Of a DNA stretch of 11,077 nucleotides, positions 1 to 7,238 are shown in pieces. The stretch lies in the UHGV virus genome UHGV-0128589; one strand, written 5' to 3'. Below the pieces are notes generated by a model. It did no database searches, was not told the DNA's origin, and saw only the letters and a program-made list of their open reading frames with translations. This DNA is from a virus. Position numbers and translations under genes: made by a program. Positions within the stretch are counted from its first letter, which is position 1. Each line of letters begins with the position of its first letter.

Positions 1-20
1 ACAGCAGAAAATTTGCGAGC

Positions 21-239
21 ATGATCGCAATTATTTCACTGCCAGGGATATCAATAGCTTCCAGTAAATCGCTACAGCAGGCAATTGCCAATATAAAAAT
101 CTGGCACAAGGGTGAACAGCGCGCGCCGCATAAGCCATTGTTATTGCTATACGTATTAGCGGGATACCTGAATGGACATCCGCGCCTTTTCGATTATTGT
201 AGTGGAACAGTCTACGAGGATGCAGTTCGAAGTGAGTAA
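21..239 (+). CDS. hypothetical protein, flanking DNA outside the satellite (possibly a gene fragment)
   Basis: 72-codon ORF from the ORF track; no motif I can name; lies left of the att-like repeat at 684-722. Confidence 0.3.
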   Translation: MIAIISLPGISIASSKSLQQAIANIKIWHKGEQRAPHKPLLLLYVLAGYLNGHPRLFDYCSGTVYEDAVRSE

Positions 240-262
240 GTAAAGGTTGCTGGAAACGATCA

Positions 263-481
263 ATGCCGCCATACAATGATTTTTTAGGATCAACAATGAG
301 TAATAAAAACTACGAAAGTCACCGCAAAGCGATTGTTAGTAAAGGTATACCACCCGCTCTATTAAATAGGCTCACCAATTCGGATGTTCAGGTGATCAAT
401 ACCTTCTTAACACGAGTGAGCAAACTGGAACTATCTCAACAAGAGAAAGACTGGATCATAAAAATCATCTCTATGGTTTAG
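263..481 (+). CDS. hypothetical protein, flanking DNA (start uncertain; internal ATG at 296 also possible)
   Basis: 72-codon ORF directly after the previous ORF on the same strand; no recognisable motif; the pair may be fragments of one disrupted gene. Confidence 0.3.
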   Translation: MPPYNDFLGSTMSNKNYESHRKAIVSKGIPPALLNRLTNSDVQVINTFLTRVSKLELSQQEKDWIIKIISMV

Positions 482-683
482 ACAATTTCAGCCTTGTAGC
501 CTTTCAAGGGTTTTGTGTGGGTACAAACATTATCGAATCGGGGTATAGCCGCAGCTGTAGCTGTATCCACATCAGTAAGTTGATGTAGGTTGACTTAGGT
601 TGAGCGAAAAATAGCGAAAAGCCTTGTGTGGCGCGGATTTCAGTCATAAAAAAACGTCCGTTGATGTCTATTGATGTTCCGAT

Positions 684-722
684 GGTGCGAAGGTGCGAAG
701 GTGCGAAGGCCGGACTCAAACC
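684..722. repeat. att-like degenerate copy of the tRNA-Leu 3-prime end (left boundary of the element), preceded by GGTGCGAA x3 tandem repeat
   Basis: ggtgcgaaggccggactcaaacc (700-722) matches tggtgccgaaggccggactcgaacc at 11024-11048 with one indel and one substitution; three tandem GGTGCGAA units at 684-707. Confidence 0.6.
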
Positions 723-772
723 ATCATGTAACACCATAAAATACAAGCAAAAAACATAAACTACACTTTAAA

Positions 773-792
773 GTGCCCCCTTTTGTGCCCCC
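773..792. repeat. GTGCCCCC direct repeat x2, candidate integrase arm-type site at the left end
   Basis: gtgccccc at 773-780 and 785-792; the same TGCCCCC(A) motif recurs beside the int start at 10862-10910. Confidence 0.4.
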
Positions 793-920
793 ACCATTTA
801 TTTGATAATTTTAAGCTCAACTAATTGGTTTATCTCGGAAAAGATAACAAATCCTATCTTCGGTTTGGATCCGTTGCACGGATCCAAATCGGAACAGAAA
901 AAAACTTTTTTTTAGGAAAA

Positions 921-1012
921 CTGTTCACACTGTTCACTAAGCATTTTTGTTTTTAATATTCAGTAAGTTATGCGGTGAATGGTTGGTGAACAGTGAACAC
1001 TTTACTGTTCAC
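921..1012. repeat. iteron cluster of TGTTCAC/GTGAACA octamer-like repeats (P4 ori/crr-type alpha-binding sites)
   Basis: ctgttcac at 921-928, 930-937 and 1005-1012; gtgaacag at 986-993; tgaacac at 994-1000; degenerate ggtgaat at 974-980; both orientations present. Confidence 0.6.
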
Positions 1013-1030
1013 TATTGCCGTTTTGCAGGT

Positions 1031-1055
1031 AAAAAAAGACCGGCGATAGCCGGTC
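1031..1055 (-). terminator. rho-independent terminator downstream of the alpha gene
   Basis: On the minus strand GACCGGC-TATC-GCCGGTC (perfect 7-bp stem) followed by TTTTTTT, 9 nt after the alpha stop codon. Confidence 0.7.
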
Positions 1056-1063
1056 AGGATAGG

Positions 1064-3397
1064 TTATTTCGCTGTGGGGTCATCGCACTTCGGCAGCCAG
1101 TCGGCGTTGCTTTCTTCCCTGAGCGCAAGATTGGTCTGTATGCCCTGATTTTTACGGCGCTTCTCATAACTCAGTCCGTACTCTTTTAGCATCGCTGGCA
1201 GTCCCTTGCCGAACATGGTGAGGCTAAGAGTATTCTTGTAGCCGTGGGCCTCCATGTACGCCAGGTAGGCATGATAGAGGTAAAGTCGCGGCTGACGCGG
1301 AATGATGTTGGCATTGCCAATATACATACCCTCAGGTTCCGGCAGCGCCTCCAGATAGCCACAAAAATCAAATGTCGGGTCGGCGTCGCGCTTGATGCTG
1401 AGCGCCTCGTCGGAATTCTGCTGTGACTGGAGCAGTGTGCGCGCGGTCATCGGGTCGCTGAACTTCTGCATTAGCTGGCGCACAATGACGGCCAGCTCGC
1501 GGGCGATTTTGTTCTTAAGCTGCGGGTCGCGTTCTTCCGGGGCAATCTGCTCCGGGAAATGCAGAATCACCCGGCGACGGGAAACACCGCCGCTGCGGTC
1601 AGTAAAGCGCATCGGGTTATTGTTCACGGCCAGAATCACCGCCGGAATATGGGTGGAGTACGCATCCTTGTATTTCGGGTCTACCGATACCGCATCCCCG
1701 CCGGTGATGGCCTTGAGTCCGGCTCCGTCACCACTCCATTTTTCCTGGTCAGGCAGTCGAATCAGCGAGAAGCCAATCAGTGCGGCACGTTCACGCGGTG
1801 ATTCCAGCGTTTCGATGGTGGCCGACGTGGCGTTATCTTCCCCGGCAAGCATGGTCGCAATTTCGGCCAGAATACTTTTCCCGCTGCCGCCGGGCCCGGT
1901 CACCTCAAGAAAGAGCTGCCAGTCGTAGCGGTTCGCCAGCACCATAAACAGCGCGGCCAGAATCACATCGCGTTTTTCTGGTCTGCCACCGGCAGCACGG
2001 TCGAGCCAGCGCCAGAAATCCGGTGCATGGGTTTCCAGCGTTTCGCCCTCCACCGGCGGGGTAAAATCGACATCACAGAGTGTGCGCAGCCAGTGCGATT
2101 TATCATGCGGGTTGAATGTGCCGGTGGCGGTATCAAGTACGCCGTTGCGAAAGCCAATCAGACGCCGTGCCGGGGCGTCCTGCTGCGGAATAATCAGTTT
2201 CAGGGTCTCCACCACCGAGGCAATTTTTCCCGACGAGAACGGTGCGCGCAGACGCTGGAACAACCCGGCCACGTCGCGGGCAAAGTCCGACGGCGGAATG
2301 ATTTTCCATATCCCGGCCTCATAACGGGACAGGAGCTGGCCGTTCGCGTCCACGGCCAGCGCTTCGCCGTAATGCTCATGCACCCGCATCGCTTTTTCAC
2401 TGGTGCTCATGGCGGTAAATTCCGCCTCGCTCATGGTAGTGAAAGGACTGTCAGCCGGTGGCCGGATGGCCTCATAAATGGCTTTCCGCATCGCCTCCTC
2501 ACCTTTCTGTTCAAATGCGTCATTCCAGTCACCGAACACCGGCGGCAGGGCAACAATACCGTCACAGGCTTCTGCGGCCGCTGCGGCTTTACTCTGGCCG
2601 TCGCCGTTCAGGTCGCGGTCGGCGGCGAGGACAATCTGACAGGCCGGGTATTTCTGACGGGCAAGGCTCGCCAGAGAAAGGAGGTTTGCGGACGACAGTG
2701 CCACCATGACGGTTTCCCCGGTCAGGTGATGTACGGTGAGCGCGGTCGCATAGCCCTCCGCTATCCACAGCCGTTTTCCCGCCTGTTTTTTCCCTTCGAT
2801 GGTGTGGCACGCTCCTTTTACCGCCCCGCCTTTCAGGGTGCGTTTGAGACCCTCAGAATTGATGAGCTGAAGGTTAACCAGTGCATCGGTATTGTCATAC
2901 AGCGGGACAACCACATCACCGGCGCGGAACGTCACGCCGCCGGTTTTATGCACGGCCGTGAGCGTCAGACATTCCAGAGCGGGGAAGCCCTTGCGGGTCA
3001 GGTAGGCGTTGCCGCTGGCCGTGCGGGTTTTCTCCATCAGTCTGACGGCCAGCGTGGCCGCCGCTTTACGGTCTGCTTCGGTTTCAGCCTCTGCGGCCAC
3101 AATCACCTCCGGGGCAACCGGCGACAGGTTACCGGCGACGACATTCACCTTTTGGGCTGCCTCTGACGGATTAACGCCGAACACCTTTTCAACCAGTTTC
3201 AGGCCATCCCCTGCGCCGCACTGGTTACAGAACCACGTCCCGCGACCCTCTTTATCGTCAAACCGGAAACGGTCAGAACCGCCGCACACCGGGCAGGGCT
3301 GATGCCGGTTTTTAATGACCTTCACCCCCAGCGCCGGGAGAATGCGCGGCCAGTGGCCGCACGCCTGTTTTACGGTTTCCGTTACGTTCATTTTCAT
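1064..3397 (-). CDS. alpha: P4-type alpha protein: DNA primase / SF3 replicative helicase
   Basis: 777-aa ORF; N-terminal CxxC...CxxC zinc-binding primase region (CPVCGGSDRF...FCNQCGAG); Walker A P-loop GPGGSGKS in the C-terminal half; RBS GGGAGAA upstream; flanked by iterons, as for P4 alpha. Confidence 0.95.
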   Translation of the reverse strand: MKMNVTETVKQACGHWPRILPALGVKVIKNRHQPCPVCGGSDRFRFDDKEGRGTWFCNQCGAGDGLKLVEKVFGVNPSEAAQKVNVVAGNLSPVAPEVIVAAEAETEADRKAAATLAVRLMEKTRTASGNAYLTRKGFPALECLTLTAVHKTGGVTFRAGDVVVPLYDNTDALVNLQLINSEGLKRTLKGGAVKGACHTIEGKKQAGKRLWIAEGYATALTVHHLTGETVMVALSSANLLSLASLARQKYPACQIVLAADRDLNGDGQSKAAAAAEACDGIVALPPVFGDWNDAFEQKGEEAMRKAIYEAIRPPADSPFTTMSEAEFTAMSTSEKAMRVHEHYGEALAVDANGQLLSRYEAGIWKIIPPSDFARDVAGLFQRLRAPFSSGKIASVVETLKLIIPQQDAPARRLIGFRNGVLDTATGTFNPHDKSHWLRTLCDVDFTPPVEGETLETHAPDFWRWLDRAAGGRPEKRDVILAALFMVLANRYDWQLFLEVTGPGGSGKSILAEIATMLAGEDNATSATIETLESPRERAALIGFSLIRLPDQEKWSGDGAGLKAITGGDAVSVDPKYKDAYSTHIPAVILAVNNNPMRFTDRSGGVSRRRVILHFPEQIAPEERDPQLKNKIARELAVIVRQLMQKFSDPMTARTLLQSQQNSDEALSIKRDADPTFDFCGYLEALPEPEGMYIGNANIIPRQPRLYLYHAYLAYMEAHGYKNTLSLTMFGKGLPAMLKEYGLSYEKRRKNQGIQTNLALREESNADWLPKCDDPTAK

Positions 3398-3411
3398 TGT
3401 TTTTTTCTCCC

Positions 3412-3732
3412 TCAGTGCACAACAGGCGATTGCATGTGACGGGCGCAGAGTTCATCCATCACCGCAAGCCCGAGAAAGGACAGTGACGGCGCGGCTTTCA
3501 GTGGCCCGCCTTCCATTAAATCTTCCAGCAGGGCACAGGCAATCAGGCGGCCTTTTTCCTCGCCGTACTGGCGCAGATAGAAGCCTTCCAGTCCGGCAGC
3601 AATGGCGCTTTCCAGTGCATCAAGGGTGAGATGTGGATAGCGGTGCTGACGTTCGCACAGGGTCAGCCAGGCACAGGCCACGGCGCGACGATACAGCGCA
3701 GCACGCAGAACAGGGGATAATGAATTTTTCAT
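3412..3732 (-). CDS. small protein directly upstream of alpha; position matches P4 cnr (copy-number regulator), identity not established
   Basis: 106-aa ORF; its stop is 14 nt before the alpha start; its start overlaps the stop of the upstream ORF (ATGA), so likely co-transcribed. Confidence 0.65.
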   Translation of the reverse strand: MKNSLSPVLRAALYRRAVACAWLTLCERQHRYPHLTLDALESAIAAGLEGFYLRQYGEEKGRLIACALLEDLMEGGPLKAAPSLSFLGLAVMDELCARHMQSPVVH

Positions 3733-3956
3733 ACATTGCCCTCCCCGGTCAGCCAGCGCTGATTGCAGCGTTCGACCACGCCGTCGAGCTGGGCGGTCAT
3801 GAGGTAAATCACGGAGGTAAGCTGTAACTGCTGCGCCGGGTCACGACGAATAGTGGCGCAGTCCTGCACCTGCATCAGTTCGCCGACGAGCTGGCCGACA
3901 TTGCGCATATGCTCCAGGCATTCGAGGTCACGGGCGGTAATGGTGGTGTGTCTCAT
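3729..3956 (-). CDS. hypothetical small protein of the left (replication) operon
   Basis: 75-aa ORF overlapping both neighbours by 4 nt (translational coupling); no recognisable motif. Confidence 0.55.
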   Translation of the reverse strand: MRHTTITARDLECLEHMRNVGQLVGELMQVQDCATIRRDPAQQLQLTSVIYLMTAQLDGVVERCNQRWLTGEGNV

Positions 3957-4147
3957 GCGCGCACCTCCGCAACCGGCAGACGGCCAGCGAACGAGAGGAC
4001 GTAATCACGAACGAGGGAAAGGCGTGCGGCGTGTTCATCACCGGCAACGGTGCGGAGCATACAAATACGGGGTTTACGGTCTGCGCGACGTACAGCGGCA
4101 AACACAAAAACAAACTGCGGGTGTGACGGGGTGAGGGTCGTAGCCAT
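3953..4147 (-). CDS. Icd-like small protein (cell-division-inhibitor / P4 kil-position gene); the longer 183-aa ORF in the track is probably an artefact
   Basis: Internal start [16 protein letters not shown]... at 4147 with SD GGAGGT about 8 nt upstream (alternative ATG at 4171); N-terminus resembles proteins annotated Icd-like in P4-like prophages (from memory, unverified). Confidence 0.55.
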   Translation of the reverse strand: MATTLTPSHPQFVFVFAAVRRADRKPRICMLRTVAGDEHAARLSLVRDYVLSFAGRLPVAEVRA

Positions 4148-4350
4148 AGTGGCAACCTCCAATGTTTGCATGTGACTGCTACCACTGGAAACGCCAATTT
4201 CACTGGTGGTAGCCCAGACGGGGTTGGCGTAACCGGCAACATTGGAAACCGGCGCTTCGTGAGAAGCCCCCGCCTGAGCCACCATTACTCGAAGGATCCA
4301 AAGGTAGATAAATCTCTGGATCAAAAATGGATGCACTGAGGCATAGACAC

Positions 4351-4372
4351 AAAAAAAGACGCAAGGCGCGTC
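4351..4372 (-). terminator. candidate intrinsic terminator/attenuator inside the leader between the AlpA-like gene and the Icd-like gene
   Basis: On the minus strand GACGC-GCCTT-GCGTC (5-bp GC stem) immediately followed by TTTTTTT. Confidence 0.4.
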
Positions 4373-4500
4373 CGGTGTCGCCAATGTTGTAAACGGGACG
4401 CCAATCCCGGCTGCCGATTTTGCGACAGCGGGAAAACTATACCTGGAAACGGCAAACGGAAGCAAGCCAGAAAAAGGGACTTTTTGCTGAGCGGCCATCA

Positions 4501-4767
4501 TCATGCGTCATAACTCCGGTTGCGTTCGGCAATGCGATCCGCCATCCATGCGGTGATTTCAGACTGTGCCCACGCCACGTTTTTTCCGCCGAGGGAGATT
4601 TGTTTCGGGAATGCCTCGCGGCTGATGAGGTCGTAAATGGTCGACCGGGACAGGCCGCATAAATGCATCACTTCGGGCAGACGGATAAAGCGCTCCTGAA
4701 CGACATCAGAGACCGGCATCAGCGGGGCGGCAGGGGCAGAAGACGGGGAAGAAAAAGCGGTGTGCAT
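4501..4767 (-). CDS. AlpA/Vis-family helix-turn-helix regulator / excisionase
   Basis: 88-aa ORF with typical AlpA core [46 protein letters not shown]; SD GAGGT 7 nt upstream of the ATG at 4767; internal start at MPVSD also possible. Confidence 0.85.
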   Translation of the reverse strand: MHTAFSSPSSAPAAPLMPVSDVVQERFIRLPEVMHLCGLSRSTIYDLISREAFPKQISLGGKNVAWAQSEITAWMADRIAERNRSYDA

Positions 4768-5034
4768 CGGGCTACCTCATAAAGTCCATACAGTGCCGGT
4801 CGTGTCCGTCCGGCTTCGGGTAGCTCTCTATTTTGTGAATATTTTTACTCAGGGCAACAAGTCATTTTGTAGTGGCTTACCATACAACAGATTGATTTTT
4901 AAACAATGGCAAACGCTGGCAAACAGATGCAAATCACTGCATTACATTGCAGCAACTTTTATTTCTTTTACTTATATATTTTTCTTTATCAATCGAAAAA
5001 AAGTCTAAGTGATATCGTCAGTGCAAAAAACAGA

Positions 5035-5140
5035 GGGTGAACAGTAGTGAACAGTCAGTGAACAGTTACACCCTCAACTGTTCACCCTTTATCTTACTGT
5101 ATTAATTATCTTTTTCTTTTTAGTGAACAGTAGTGAATAG
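5035..5140. repeat. second iteron cluster of GTGAACAG/CTGTTCACC repeats (P4 ori/crr-type)
   Basis: gtgaacag at 5037-5044, 5047-5054, 5058-5065 and 5123-5130; ctgttcaccc at 5078-5087; gtgaatag at 5133-5140; about 4.1 kb from the cluster at 921-1012. Confidence 0.65.
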
Positions 5141-5215
5141 TTATAAGTAAAAAACAAACAGTGAGTAAGGTTTTCCTGAGACCTTTCTCTGGCCAGCCGG
5201 GTTTTAAGGTCTGTT

Positions 5216-5233
5216 TGTGCCATTTTTGCCACA
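5216..5233 (+). promoter_or_regulatory. TGT-N12-ACA activator site of a P2/P4-type late promoter (Psid-like)
   Basis: tgt-gccatttttgcc-aca with exact 12-nt spacer, centred about 80 bp upstream of the sid start codon. Confidence 0.6.
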
Positions 5234-5305
5234 ACGGCAATGAATCGTGTTGTTGTGTCTGGCGCGGCAGAATCTCTTCAGATTGAAACGAAGAGGAGAC
5301 CCGAC

Positions 5306-6043
5306 ATGACTCAGACCGCTGTTATTCCCGACTATCTTAAACCCGCAATGGAACACCTTGAAACTGCCCGGTCAGCGCATCTTGCCAATGCCAGTCGAAT
5401 GGATGAAACCACGGCTGCCATCAGCCAGGTAAAAGCACAAAAAAATGAACTGGAGCAGGAAAATGGCAATGATTCCGGTGCATGGCGCACCGCCTTTCGT
5501 GCCGGTGGTGCTGTGATTACTGACGAGCTGAAACAACGCCATATAGCGCGTGTAGCACGGCGTGAACTGGTACAGGAATGTGACAGCATGACAGAGGTAT
5601 TGTCTTTTGAGCTGGACAACCTAAAGGGAGCCTGTGACAGCACGGCCAGAGCGTACCGCCAGGCACATCACGGCGTCCTCAGCCAGTATGCAAAGCATGA
5701 GCTCGATGTTGCCCTGCGTGAAACCTGTGGTGCTCTCGTCAGGGCAATGAAACTTAACATACTGGTTCTGAATAACCCTCTTGCCAATACCATCGGCCAT
5801 CAGGGATATACCGAACCGGAAAAGGCTGTGATGCAGCAGGTTAAAGCGTGGCTTGAACAGGCAGTGAAGGGCTGCAACATCCGCCTGACCGATGAGCCGG
5901 TGCTGTTTAAAACAGGACTGTCGGCCTCCACGCTGCCTCATATGGAGTATGACGTTGCGGCCACGCCCGGCCAGCGTCAGGTGTGGTTCGAGAAAATGAA
6001 CAAACGTGAGTCTGACCTTAAGGCCCGGGGGTTACTGTCATGA
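5306..6043 (+). CDS. sid: Sid-like capsid size determination (external scaffold) protein
   Basis: 245-aa product from the internal ATG at 5306 with SD GAGGAG upstream; first gene of a sid-delta-psu arrangement; the ORF-track start at 5240 has no RBS. Confidence 0.8.
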   Translation: MTQTAVIPDYLKPAMEHLETARSAHLANASRMDETTAAISQVKAQKNELEQENGNDSGAWRTAFRAGGAVITDELKQRHIARVARRELVQECDSMTEVLSFELDNLKGACDSTARAYRQAHHGVLSQYAKHELDVALRETCGALVRAMKLNILVLNNPLANTIGHQGYTEPEKAVMQQVKAWLEQAVKGCNIRLTDEPVLFKTGLSASTLPHMEYDVAATPGQRQVWFEKMNKRESDLKARGLLS

Positions 6044-6285
6044 TGCGCTGCCCTTTCTGCCGCACGGCGGCCCATGTGCGCACCAGCCGCTATATGTCTG
6101 ACAGCGTCAAAGAGAGCTACCTGCAGTGCCAGAATGTGCACTGCTCGGCGACGTTCAAAACACATGAGTCGATTTTTGAAGTGATCCGCTCGCCGGGTGT
6201 CGATGAGAAACCCGCGCCGGTGCCGACAGCGTCCGTTGCCATCCGCAAGGTAAAAGGCTGCTACAGCTCACCGTTCCGCCATTAA
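6040..6285 (+). CDS. delta: Ogr/Delta-family zinc-finger late transcriptional activator (single domain)
   Basis: 81-aa ORF with CPFC...(21 residues)...CQNVHC zinc-finger spacing; start overlaps the sid stop (ATGA). Confidence 0.85.
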   Translation: MMRCPFCRTAAHVRTSRYMSDSVKESYLQCQNVHCSATFKTHESIFEVIRSPGVDEKPAPVPTASVAIRKVKGCYSSPFRH

Positions 6286-6301
6286 TCAGGAGAGACAACA
6301 C

Positions 6302-6868
6302 GTGACCACCCTGACATTACAGCAGGCGTTTGAAGCCTGTCAGACGAACAAAACGGCGTGGCTGAATCGTAAAGCCGAACTGGCCTCCGCAGAGCAGGAA
6401 TATCAGGAATTATTACTGGATGACAACGCACCGGGTTCCCGCAGATTACAGATGCTACGTGACCTTATCGACGTAAAAAAATGGGAAGTTAATCAGGCCG
6501 CCGGTCGCTATATCTTCTCGCATGAGGAGGTACAGCGCATCAGCATCCGTAACCGTGTGCATGATTTTATGCAGCAGAACGGCGCAGAACTGGCCGCTGC
6601 ACTGGCCCCTGAGCTGATGGGGATTAAAAACCAGCCCGCGATGATAAAAAACCGTGCGCTTGACCGTTCAGTCACTTACCTGAGAGAAGCTCTTTCCGTC
6701 TGGCTGACCGCAGGAAATGAAATTAATTATTCGGCACAGGATAACGACATTTTAACGGCCATCGGATACAGGCCTGACGCGCCCTCGCGGGATGATTATC
6801 GTGAAAAATTCACCCCTGCACAGAACATGATTTACACCCGTCGACGCGCCGAACTGGCCGCGCAGTAG
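6302..6868 (+). CDS. psu: Psu-like polarity suppression / capsid decoration protein
   Basis: 188-aa ORF with GTG start and SD AGGAG upstream; N-terminus TLTLQQAFEACQTNKTAWLNRKAELASAEQEY resembles P4 Psu as I recall it; third gene after sid and delta. Confidence 0.8.
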   Translation: MTTLTLQQAFEACQTNKTAWLNRKAELASAEQEYQELLLDDNAPGSRRLQMLRDLIDVKKWEVNQAAGRYIFSHEEVQRISIRNRVHDFMQQNGAELAAALAPELMGIKNQPAMIKNRALDRSVTYLREALSVWLTAGNEINYSAQDNDILTAIGYRPDAPSRDDYREKFTPAQNMIYTRRRAELAAQ

Positions 6869-6914
6869 CCCGTCAAAAAATCCTCGTAAATCCCGCTATT
6901 TTTAACCAAATAAG

Positions 6915-6941
6915 CCATGCATCCATAAGGTGCATGGTTTT
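6915..6941 (+). terminator. candidate terminator after psu
   Basis: ccatgca...tgcatgg 7-bp stem followed by tttt, about 45 nt after the psu stop. Confidence 0.35.
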
Positions 6942-7034
6942 GCATGTGTTTTCCCGCCCCTGCACTCCCTGCCAGCGCCAGTCGCGGCGCGACCTGAGAC
7001 CACCTTTGCACCTGCATTAAAAGCGCCCCCTTAA

Positions 7035-7065
7035 GCGGGCAGGCGGGGCGGGGAGAGCATTGCGC
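7035..7065. other. candidate cos / packaging region
   Basis: GC-rich tract gggcaggcggggcggggagagcat loosely resembling the P2/P4 cohesive-end sequence as recalled; located between psu and the accessory genes, where cos lies in a permuted P4 prophage. Not an exact match. Confidence 0.25.
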
Positions 7066-7122
7066 GCAAGATGCCGCGCATTAAAAAGACGTTCTAAAAC
7101 GAAAAAAGCTATAGCGATGAAA

Positions 7123-7143
7123 CATATCTATAAGATAGATATG
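7123..7143. promoter_or_regulatory. perfect 9-bp inverted repeat (candidate operator) upstream of the accessory operon
   Basis: catatctat-aag-atagatatg, about 95 bp upstream of the ATG at 7239. Confidence 0.35.
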
Positions 7144-7238
7144 GCATTACTCCTAAATATGTGTAAAAAATAGTGATACCTATGCAACCCTTTTCTCTGC
7201 TCTTTCAAGGACAAATCTCAGGTTAAGAGAGTCATCAG

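Noticed and set aside
540-720. Possible CRISPR array suggested by short repeats
   Set aside because: Repeat units are only 8 nt, directly tandem with no spacers of regular length; not a CRISPR architecture.
947-1189. 80-aa plus-strand ORF
   Set aside because: Spans the iteron cluster, the alpha terminator and the 3-prime end of alpha; frame artefact.
1392-1928. 178-aa plus-strand ORF, plus other short ORFs inside 1064-3397 (1186-1371, 1244-1426, 1559-1801, 1963-2157, 2082-2324, 2200-2400, 2458-2709, 2589-2810, 3009-3302)
   Set aside because: All overlap the alpha gene in other frames or on the opposite strand; Ser/Arg/Cys-rich composition; no independent expression signals.
2027-3166. 379-aa ORF on the plus strand
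   Set aside because: Entirely antisense to the well-supported alpha primase gene; His/Arg/Gly-rich low-complexity translation typical of a GC-rich antisense frame; no RBS.
3315-3827. Plus-strand ORFs 3315..3629 and 3633..3827
   Set aside because: Antisense to the coupled minus-strand operon; no RBS.
3953-4504. 183-aa version of the Icd-like ORF (and the 104-aa ORF 3928..4242)
   Set aside because: The long N-terminal extension would run through the leader with its terminator hairpin and up to the AlpA-like stop; a strong SD precedes the internal ATG at 4147, so the short product is preferred.
4420-4662. 80-aa plus-strand ORF
   Set aside because: Antisense to the AlpA-like gene and its leader; no RBS.
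4760-5008. 82-aa plus-strand ORF in the divergent regulatory region
   Set aside because: Begins inside the AlpA-like gene on the other strand, runs into an AT-rich promoter region, no RBS; more likely regulatory DNA than coding.
5240-5305. Upstream extension of sid to the ATG at 5240
   Set aside because: The extension would overlap the predicted promoter and lacks an RBS, whereas the ATG at 5306 has a GAGGAG SD.
5332-6165. Minus-strand ORFs 5332..5643, 5621..5941 and 5977..6165
   Set aside because: Antisense to sid and delta; no expression signals.
6832-7017. 61-aa minus-strand ORF
   Set aside because: Overlaps the psu 3-prime end and the GC-rich cos-like region; no RBS.
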